26,749 bases of DNA, from the IMG/VR virus record IMGVR_UViG_3300005805_000396, positions 1-26,749 of that record; one strand, written 5' to 3'. Below the pieces are notes generated by a model. The model saw nothing but the letters and a program-made list of their open reading frames with translations. It did not search any database and was not told the DNA's origin. Each line of letters starts with the position of its first letter. Position 1 is the first letter of the stretch. This document shows positions 16,030 to 23,013 of the stretch, piece after piece. A program made the translations under genes and the position numbers. The stretch comes from a virus (Duplodnaviria; Caudoviricetes).

Positions 16030-16452
16030 ATGGTTATTCAAATTCAGACCCTAATAGATATTACAAGAACTGGGATCACCAGACCTCAACAGGGTACACA
16101 GCTACAAATAGATCAAAATAGGAATTTCACTACACTAAGACAGTGTTTAGAATTAAGGTCAGTTATTAACTTTGATTCAAATCCAATTGTTAACTGTGTC
16201 GATGTTAAAGGATTAGGGTTTGGATCTAACTATAAAGGCAAACACAATGTATGGACCTTTACCTTTACTCCGGATAGACAGGGAGTATATAATACCAAAG
16301 ACAGTAGTTTAGGTTTGCTTTTACATGATTTACACTCTGTGCCTATTCTTAAAAACCTAACCGAAACGATAAATATTGGTGTTACTATCTTTGACCTCGA
16401 AGATAGTAAAAATACCAATACAATCATTAAGGCATTATCTGGCAATAACTAG
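16030..16452 (+). CDS. Conserved hypothetical phage protein
   Basis: 140 aa; TLIDITRTG..QNRNF.TL.Q.LELR..GFG..Y.G.H.VW.F.F; AGGT SD. Confidence 0.72.
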   Translation: MVIQIQTLIDITRTGITRPQQGTQLQIDQNRNFTTLRQCLELRSVINFDSNPIVNCVDVKGLGFGSNYKGKHNVWTFTFTPDRQGVYNTKDSSLGLLLHDLHSVPILKNLTETINIGVTIFDLEDSKNTNTIIKALSGNN

Positions 16453-16481
16453 GCTGTCGACACTCAACAACGGAGATTTGA

Positions 16482-16721
16482 ATGCCGGGTAATACCATAG
16501 ACATTGAACACACTAATTTAGAGGTACATGTTGAACTCTGTGCTCAACGCTACGAGAGTTTAGACAAGCGTCTATCTAATATAGAAGATAAATTCTCAGA
16601 ACTACAATTATCAATCGAACGGGGTCATAATAACATGATAAAGGTAATTATTGGCACCGCAGGCACAGTTGTTGCAGGTGTACTGAGTGTATTAGTAGTA
16701 TTACTAACCAACGCCGCATAA
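16482..16721 (+). CDS. Coiled-coil protein with C-terminal transmembrane helix (XhlA/holin-like architecture)
   Basis: GGAG SD; heptads LDKRLSNIEDKFSELQLSIE; hydrophobic VIIGTAGTVVAGVLSVLVVLL. Confidence 0.65.
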   Translation: MPGNTIDIEHTNLEVHVELCAQRYESLDKRLSNIEDKFSELQLSIERGHNNMIKVIIGTAGTVVAGVLSVLVVLLTNAA

Positions 16722-16722
16722 T

Positions 16723-17298
16723 ATGAAAATCAACGAGCTGATAAAAAAGCAATATAATTCTGAAAAACTGGACGAGTTTCTTCCTGTAGCCGCGGCTCTT
16801 GGTGGAGCTGCATTACGAGCTGCTGCACCTACCTTAGCCAGAGGAGCAGCTTCTCTAGTTGGCAGAGCTATGGGCAGCGGATCTGCAAATACCCTTGGTA
16901 ATGTGGTCCAGGGTGTTCAAGCAGGCACACGTTTGATGAAAGCAGCCAACACAGTAAACAATGTTATTTCACCTGCAGAAAAACAGCAAGCAATGGCACA
17001 GGACAATAAGTTAGGACAAACTCTAAGCAGTTTGCAAAAAACTGTGGCTGCAGCAGGCGGCGGTAATCTCAATGTCAATAATTTAAAGAAAGCATTGCAA
17101 GGTACTAGCGATCCAAATCAAGCTGGTAAAGAAGTCAAACCTATGTTACCGGCAATAGCCAAAGCATTGGCTAATCCAGGTAGTGCAGAGTTAATGAGAA
17201 CTGCGCTACAGAAAGGAGTTCAACAGGATACTAAAGCTCAAGCAGACATTGAAAAACAAAAGTCACAGGACCTGGCTAAAAAGGCTGCTTCTATATGA
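16723..17298 (+). CDS. Putative internal/ejection protein with cleavable leader and amphipathic Ala/Gly-rich segment
   Basis: MKINEL...KLDE followed by FLPVAAALGGAALRAAAP; Ala/Gln/Lys-rich helical body. Confidence 0.55.
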   Translation: MKINELIKKQYNSEKLDEFLPVAAALGGAALRAAAPTLARGAASLVGRAMGSGSANTLGNVVQGVQAGTRLMKAANTVNNVISPAEKQQAMAQDNKLGQTLSSLQKTVAAAGGGNLNVNNLKKALQGTSDPNQAGKEVKPMLPAIAKALANPGSAELMRTALQKGVQQDTKAQADIEKQKSQDLAKKAASI

Positions 17299-17504
17299 AA
17301 ATCTCGCAATTAATTTCCGGTACCCGTATGCCGCTGTCCAACGAAGAATCCAATTTTGTAAGTAAACACGGGGATCAAGTTCGCATTACATCTCTAGATG
17401 AACGAGGCCAATGGATAGCTCAAAACCTTGTACGCAAAGGCGCTTACTCTATAAGTAAAGACAACAACACTTTAATTAGAGAAGTCTGCAATGAAAATAA
17501 CTGA
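17295..17504 (+). CDS. Small hypothetical protein
   Basis: 69 aa; ATGA-coupled to the upstream gene; MKISQL start. Confidence 0.7.
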   Translation: MKISQLISGTRMPLSNEESNFVSKHGDQVRITSLDERGQWIAQNLVRKGAYSISKDNNTLIREVCNENN

Positions 17505-17952
17505 TAAGGTTTTTTGGAAGATACGCGAGCTTACCAAAAAGGTTAAAACTGAACTATTTAAAAAGGGCATGGCAATCCCCTCAAAAACTCAAGAGGGCAA
17601 TGTGCGCGTGGGCCATTATGTGGTGCGCAGACAGTCCAACGGATTTTACACTGTAGAAGCAACTAACGGCGAAGTTATTGTACAGAACCTTAATCTACCT
17701 CAAAGCGCAGTGCTGATAGCAAACAATCTCATGCTGAAAAAAAATATAGATAAAAACATTCTTAACAAAGATATTGAATATGGTTATGCGGATTTTGAAT
17801 ACCAGCAATACAAACGTGCTGAAGAAAAGATTAAAAACAACCCTTACGACTATGATGTAAGGTTATCTAAGTTTGAACACAGTGGTGAAAAAGCTGAGAA
17901 TTGCAAAGCTGAAATATTGTACCACTACGATAAACTTAACAAGATCGCATAA
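17491..17952 (+). CDS. Hypothetical protein
   Basis: 153 aa; overlaps the upstream stop; MKITD start. Confidence 0.7.
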   Translation: MKITDKVFWKIRELTKKVKTELFKKGMAIPSKTQEGNVRVGHYVVRRQSNGFYTVEATNGEVIVQNLNLPQSAVLIANNLMLKKNIDKNILNKDIEYGYADFEYQQYKRAEEKIKNNPYDYDVRLSKFEHSGEKAENCKAEILYHYDKLNKIA

Positions 17953-17955
17953 ATA
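17948..17955 (+). promoter_or_regulatory. Late promoter box CATAAATA overlapping a stop codon
   Basis: 24 nt upstream of ATG 17980. Confidence 0.65.
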
Positions 17956-17979
17956 ATACTATTACTTTTTGGATCTTAT

Positions 17980-19356
17980 ATGAAAACCACGGATTTTAAT
18001 AAAACAGTTAAAAGTAAAACAATTGCAGAAAACATCGAGAAGCTGTTTGATGTAAATGTTGATTTAACTAAATACACAAGGGAACAGTTAGAAGATTATC
18101 GCAATAAACTACGCACCCGCGTGTTTCAACATGAAGGCAGCAGTAAGTTAAACGATCTTCTTACTAACGAAGAATACCAAAAAGACAAAGCAATGTTAGA
18201 ATTGCTCAACACCAGGATTAAAGAAATGCTAGGCGAACAAATGAAAAAACTCATCAATACAATGGATCAGCTCAGCGAAGCTAAGAAAGCTGCCAAGGAC
18301 TACGACGGCGACGGCAAGATTGAAAGTCCCAAGGACGAAGTTTGGGGTAGCAGAGCAAAGGCCGCTGCTAAGGCAGGTAAGCCATTTGGTAAGAAGAGCG
18401 AAGGTGTTGAAGAAGCGGCCAAGCCAGATTTCTTAGACCTAGACAAGGATGGCAACAAGAAAGAGCCAATGAAGAAGGCTGCTAAAGATAAGAAAGTCAA
18501 AGAAGAAACAGTTAGCGAGAAAGCCGTAAGCAAGGCACAGCAGCAAGCAGCAGGGATTGCCCTAGCAGCAAAGAAAAAAGGAGAAGCTCCTAAGAAAGGT
18601 TCGGCTTCCGCAGCAATGGCTAAGATGCCAAAGAAAGAATTAGAAAAGTTTGCCAAGACCAAGCACAAAGGTCTACCAGCTAAGAAGGCAGACGAGAGTG
18701 TTGAAGAAGAATTACTACCAAAGCAAAAAGAAGTTGCTAAGAAAATTTTAGACAAAGACATGGCTAATGCCAAAGCTGATCGAGCTGCTAAGAAGCAGGC
18801 TGGAACAATGAGGAAAGAATCATTCCGCAAGAATGTTGCTATCGTTAACGAAAGCCTAGCACGACTCATCGTAGAAGATGAAGAAGGTAAGGCTAAGGCA
18901 ATCACTGCTGCCAGTGACATGGTAAACGATTTCACATCGTGGATGCAGCGTGTTGGTAACTATCAGACCAAATCAATGATTGAATTAGCCGACAGTATCC
19001 GTGCTAACTTTGGTCAGCAGGAAGCAGAAACATTTAAACAGGCAGTTGGTCCAGCATTAGCAGCAACACTAGAAACACTGACACAGCAGAGAGAAATAAT
19101 CTCCAATGCAGTAGCAGTGCTAGCAGGTGAAGCTGCTCCTGAAATGCCAATGGGACAGGAACCAATGCCAGAACCAGGCATTGATGCAGCATCACCAGAC
19201 GAAATGAATCCTGCTGATGAACTAGATGCATTTGCAGCCAGCGACGCAGCAGCAGGTGCAGGCACAACTGGCCGAGATGTACGCGAAAGTGTCACTTCTA
19301 AAGCAGTCAGAATGATTGCAGAACAGCATAATATAATTGCTCGTCTAGCAAAATGA
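17980..19356 (+). CDS. Putative prohead core/scaffold-like protein with Lys/Glu-rich modular centre including a DUF3008-like module
   Basis: Many hydrophobic-X-E sites (LSE, VEE, VKE, VSE, VNE, IVE, VRE); DYDGDGKIE and DLDKDGNKKE loops; KAVSKAQQQAAGIALAAKK...KELEKFAKTKHKGLP. Confidence 0.6.
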   Translation: MKTTDFNKTVKSKTIAENIEKLFDVNVDLTKYTREQLEDYRNKLRTRVFQHEGSSKLNDLLTNEEYQKDKAMLELLNTRIKEMLGEQMKKLINTMDQLSEAKKAAKDYDGDGKIESPKDEVWGSRAKAAAKAGKPFGKKSEGVEEAAKPDFLDLDKDGNKKEPMKKAAKDKKVKEETVSEKAVSKAQQQAAGIALAAKKKGEAPKKGSASAAMAKMPKKELEKFAKTKHKGLPAKKADESVEEELLPKQKEVAKKILDKDMANAKADRAAKKQAGTMRKESFRKNVAIVNESLARLIVEDEEGKAKAITAASDMVNDFTSWMQRVGNYQTKSMIELADSIRANFGQQEAETFKQAVGPALAATLETLTQQREIISNAVAVLAGEAAPEMPMGQEPMPEPGIDAASPDEMNPADELDAFAASDAAAGAGTTGRDVRESVTSKAVRMIAEQHNIIARLAK

Positions 19357-19700
19357 AACTGTTTGAAATAGATCAAGGCGCTGTCAGAGACGTTCTGGCA
19401 GTGCTGAAAGGTCTAGCAAATAAAAATCAATCTGCATCTACACTGCCATTCGCTACCGTAATGAATATCATCAAACCTTTTGGGTTGGGGATTTCAACTC
19501 CAGACGGATTGATATCGCTAAAGAACAAAGTTGATCCAAACGGTGCTGTCATTAAAGATATCAATGATGATGGTTCAATTATTCTTAATACTAATGCTGA
19601 AAATCCCAATCAGCAGAAAAAACCACAACAAGAAAAAAATGCTCCGCATCTTGATGCCATGGCTAAAAGCGGAGCAAAAAAACTACAACCAGATATTTGA
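19353..19700 (+). CDS. Hypothetical protein with MKLFEI N-terminus
   Basis: 115 aa; ATGA-coupled to the upstream gene. Confidence 0.7.
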   Translation: MKLFEIDQGAVRDVLAVLKGLANKNQSASTLPFATVMNIIKPFGLGISTPDGLISLKNKVDPNGAVIKDINDDGSIILNTNAENPNQQKKPQQEKNAPHLDAMAKSGAKKLQPDI

Positions 19701-19731
19701 TTTTTAGTCTACAGGCATTATAACTAATGCT

Positions 19732-20433
19732 ATGACAATATATTCACCGCCTCCATTTGTAGAAAAATATCAATATAAGAATTGCCAACAGATCAATTGC
19801 TCTGTAACCAAAAAACGTGTGTATCTTACCCCAGACGGAGAAGAATTACCCAGTGTAACAACAATTCTAAGTTTCACCAAAGACATGACCCATTTAAATG
19901 AATGGAAGAAAAGAGTAGGTGAAGAAAAAGCAGCGCAGATTACTAGGGAAGCTGCAGGGGTAGGTACAGCCATGCATTCTAATCTAGAAAGATTTTTAAT
20001 TGGAGAACAAAGACAGCCTGGTAAAAATCCTGTGCATGTGCAGGCTAATTCTATGGCAAATAAGATTATAGAACATGGTCTTAGTAACATGAATGAAATA
20101 TGGGCGATTGAACAAAGCCTTTATCATCCTGGTCTATACTCAGGAACTACCGACCTTTGCGGTGTATATAACGGTAATCCGGCTATATGTGATTTCAAAC
20201 AAACTAATAAGCCTAAAAAAGAAGAGTGGATAGAAGACTACAAAATACAGCTTGTGGCCTATATAATGGCGCATAATGCTGTGTACGGCTCGGATATCAA
20301 AGAAGGTCATGTCTTTATGTGCAGTAGAGATCTACAATATCAACAGTTTGATCTATGGCCCAAAGACTACAATCAATACGAAGATCTGTGGTTATCTAAG
20401 GTTGAAGAATACTGGCAAAGCGCAAAAGCCTAA
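19732..20433 (+). CDS. PD-(D/E)xK family exonuclease (phage Cas4/MGME1-like)
   Basis: LPSVTTIL, WKKRVG, GTAMH, IEQSL, YSGTTD, ICDFKQ, QLVAY. Confidence 0.85.
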   Translation: MTIYSPPPFVEKYQYKNCQQINCSVTKKRVYLTPDGEELPSVTTILSFTKDMTHLNEWKKRVGEEKAAQITREAAGVGTAMHSNLERFLIGEQRQPGKNPVHVQANSMANKIIEHGLSNMNEIWAIEQSLYHPGLYSGTTDLCGVYNGNPAICDFKQTNKPKKEEWIEDYKIQLVAYIMAHNAVYGSDIKEGHVFMCSRDLQYQQFDLWPKDYNQYEDLWLSKVEEYWQSAKA

Positions 20434-20437
20434 ACCA

Positions 20438-20445
20438 GATAAATA
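20438..20445 (+). promoter_or_regulatory. Late promoter box GATAAATA
   Basis: Intergenic, followed by GGAG SD and TTG start 20470. Confidence 0.7.
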
Positions 20446-20469
20446 GACAGTACAAGGTGGAGAATTAAC

Positions 20470-22536
20470 TTGGCTGTTATTGAAATTGCTAAAATCCAAG
20501 TCCGTAGAGGACAAGAAACTGTAGGCGCAGTTCCTCAACTTGCTCCAGGCGAATTTGGTTGGGCTCAAGATACTGAAAATCTCTATATAGGTAAAAGAAT
20601 TTCTGAAGGTGCTAACACTGACGAAAATTCTAGAATATTATCACAAAAAGATTACGATAATTTATTTGCTATTGTTATGGGTGCTGGACGTACTGCAGTC
20701 GCAAGTACAAGCACCTATAGATATAGAGACGATATCAGCTACAGCGACCTAGCTTCAACTACAACTTTTATAGGCAAAAAACTAGATGCATTTGTAAGTC
20801 TTACAGACTTTGGAGTAACTGCTAATAGTTCCGGAACTAACATATATACGCAACTAGTATTAGCAATTGAAAATTTATTCTCAAACAATTATTTAGGATA
20901 TGATACTGTTAGAAATCTATTAATACCTGCCGGTATATATTATGTTTCTGATACAGTAGATCTACCTCCTAATACACGTTTAATTGGTGAGGGTCGCGGC
21001 GCAACCACATTGCTGTCTCAAAACAACGATCGTCCAATTTTTCGTACAATTTATTCCGATGGTGCTAATTTTAATTCGCCAACTCTGCAGTCACAACTTA
21101 ATCCAAAAAACATTTTGATTAAAAATCTTACTTTGGCTTACAGCACCAGCACTTCTACGGCACAACCATTAGTGTTGATAGACAATGCAGAAAACTCTGT
21201 GATAGATAATGTAGAGTTTACTGTGAAACTTGTTGCAACTAGTACGAACACAGTAGCAGTGTTATCAACCACTACAACAATTTACGGTACAGGTATAAGT
21301 TTACGCGGCAAATTAGCCAGCGGTATCGAACAAAATAAAAATGTTCAAATCACTAACTGCTTGTTTCAAAACATTGGTACGGGTGTAATTGGAACAGGCA
21401 CGGTAGCTTATACACAAATAGATCATAATAAATTTGCTGACCTACAAAACGGAATTAAGTTTACAGCATCCCTAAATGATAACGAAAGACTAGCACCAAA
21501 AAACAGTTTAATCAATCAAAACTATTTTGAAAGAATTTATTATGCAGGCATTTACGTCGGAACCAGCACTAATCAGATAACTCAACAAACAAACCAACTT
21601 AATCACACAAGTATGAACAATAATTTCTACTATGTAGGAAATGCTGGGCAGGGAGATTATCTATCTAAGTCTCCTACCTATTACACAGGAACTGCTGTAA
21701 TTACCAACCTAGGAGAAGGTTTTAATTCATCAAACGATTCTTTCAGTCGCCAAGATCTTGCTCATCGAGAAGTTAATAGTAGTAATATGAACTATCAACC
21801 TCTAGTCGACGGCAAGGTATTTTTAGATAGCGGATCAAACTATCTATGTTCAGCAATAAGTTTTGGTACAAACAAAATTACTAAATTGTTTGTAGGTCAA
21901 AAAAATATATCATATAGAATTCCATATACTATGGCAGACGGAGGAGGTAATTATACACGCTCAGGCACACTTACAGTAAACGTTAACGCTAATCCAAACT
22001 ACGGAACACCAAGCGGTTCAGTAAGTGATTATTATGACTTCTCATATGAAGATCCTTCTGCGCTAACTGATCCAAATTATCTAGACGACTACGGTGAATT
22101 CAACCATCCTGTTATTGGTTTAGATACTGATGATAATAATAGTTATATTAATCTAGTTTCCAGTTGGCCTGTGTCAGCAGCCACAGGAACCACGCTGGTT
22201 GGTACTATAAGCACAATCACTAACGCCAATCCGGCTGTGGTTCAAACCACACTCGCACACGGTTTAACATCAGGAACACAGATTATTTTAAACAATGTTA
22301 GTGGCATGAGCGGTGGTGGATTTAGTTTGGCAACATACCAAGATTACTACGCCTGGGTAATTACCACTAATACCTTTGCCTTGTATTGGAACTGGGCGGC
22401 CGTGGACGCAGACAAGGTTCCATTAAATACTTTATCTCTTAGTGCTTTTAGCACAGCTACAACCGCAACAGTTGTAATGCCTTCTAGTTTCGTTAACTTT
22501 AGCATGCAGTATCAAATTAATATTGTTTCACTATAG
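20470..22536 (+). CDS. Tail/baseplate protein: Mtd_N/hyaluronidase-type N-terminal domain, pectate-lyase-like beta-helix, C-terminal FCCH-like beta module
   Basis: KIQVRRG..PQLAPGEFGWAQDTENLYIG; VSLTDFG, LLIPAGIYYV, LIGEGRGATTL, Asn-ladder repeats; ITNANPAVVQTTLAHGLTSG. Confidence 0.75.
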   Translation: MAVIEIAKIQVRRGQETVGAVPQLAPGEFGWAQDTENLYIGKRISEGANTDENSRILSQKDYDNLFAIVMGAGRTAVASTSTYRYRDDISYSDLASTTTFIGKKLDAFVSLTDFGVTANSSGTNIYTQLVLAIENLFSNNYLGYDTVRNLLIPAGIYYVSDTVDLPPNTRLIGEGRGATTLLSQNNDRPIFRTIYSDGANFNSPTLQSQLNPKNILIKNLTLAYSTSTSTAQPLVLIDNAENSVIDNVEFTVKLVATSTNTVAVLSTTTTIYGTGISLRGKLASGIEQNKNVQITNCLFQNIGTGVIGTGTVAYTQIDHNKFADLQNGIKFTASLNDNERLAPKNSLINQNYFERIYYAGIYVGTSTNQITQQTNQLNHTSMNNNFYYVGNAGQGDYLSKSPTYYTGTAVITNLGEGFNSSNDSFSRQDLAHREVNSSNMNYQPLVDGKVFLDSGSNYLCSAISFGTNKITKLFVGQKNISYRIPYTMADGGGNYTRSGTLTVNVNANPNYGTPSGSVSDYYDFSYEDPSALTDPNYLDDYGEFNHPVIGLDTDDNNSYINLVSSWPVSAATGTTLVGTISTITNANPAVVQTTLAHGLTSGTQIILNNVSGMSGGGFSLATYQDYYAWVITTNTFALYWNWAAVDADKVPLNTLSLSAFSTATTATVVMPSSFVNFSMQYQINIVSL

Positions 22537-22544
22537 TGTGATGA

Positions 22545-22979
22545 ATGTTTGATAAAAACATAGACGAAAGATTATCCTCCTGGGCAGAGTTTAGAAGATC
22601 ATTGGAAACTTCACAATCTCCGTTTAAGGACGTTGTGGTTTTTTGGAAAGACGCTCCGTTTATTCCCTACAACAATGCAGTTGATCCATTTTTCAAATAT
22701 AGTTGGCCAAGTCCGTGGGACATTATTGTACATAACAAATACGATGATTTTACCAAGGCACTAATGATTGGTTGGACGTTGAAGTTAACCGATCGGTTCA
22801 AGTTAAGCAATATTGAACTGAGAACCTATGTTGACAAACAAAACTTATTACCATACAATATAATATGTGTTGATAATGAATGGGCAATTAACTATAAAGA
22901 TAACGAGCCTGTTAGATTAGAAAAAATTCCAGATTGGTTTAATATGGAAAATCTAGTTGAACTAACTGGTCTTAGGTAA
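22545..22979 (+). CDS. Conserved hypothetical phage protein
   Basis: 144 aa; RL..W.EFR..LE, WPSPWDII, AL.IGWTL. Confidence 0.72.
   Translation: MFDKNIDERLSSWAEFRRSLETSQSPFKDVVVFWKDAPFIPYNNAVDPFFKYSWPSPWDIIVHNKYDDFTKALMIGWTLKLTDRFKLSNIELRTYVDKQNLLPYNIICVDNEWAINYKDNEPVRLEKIPDWFNMENLVELTGLR
22831..22859 (+). promoter_or_regulatory. Sigma70-type promoter embedded in a CDS, upstream of nrdA
   Basis: TTGACA (22831-22836), 17 nt spacer, TACAAT (22854-22859). Confidence 0.7.
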
Positions 22980-22982
22980 ATA
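22975..22982 (+). promoter_or_regulatory. Possible late promoter box GGTAAATA upstream of nrdA
   Basis: TAAATA core overlapping the upstream stop, 31 nt before ATG 23014. Confidence 0.45.
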
Positions 22983-23013
22983 TTTTTCTCAACACACTTT
23001 AAGGATTCCAAGC

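Noticed and set aside
18300-19376. Long antisense ORFs (18300-18935, 19014-19376; also 10070-10447, 10747-11121, 15325-15700 and other short ones)
   Set aside because: They are shadows of biased sense-strand codons, with no SD, promoter or recognisable motifs.
19697-19724. Possible sigma70 promoter TTGATT-16-TATAAC before the exonuclease
   Set aside because: Both boxes and the spacing deviate from consensus; plausible but not supportable by eye.
19732-20433. Cas4-like nuclease as a sign of CRISPR
   Set aside because: No repeat-spacer array or other cas genes are visible, and the four-Cys Fe-S pattern is not evident; it is an ordinary phage exonuclease.
20470-20600. Mtd_N-like domain as a sign of a diversity-generating retroelement
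   Set aside because: No reverse transcriptase or template/variable repeat pair is seen; this N-terminal domain is common in tail proteins.
22545-22979. Possible transglutaminase-like fold in the 144-aa protein
   Set aside because: Only a vague resemblance, and there is no Cys at the expected position (NKYDD); it needs a profile search.
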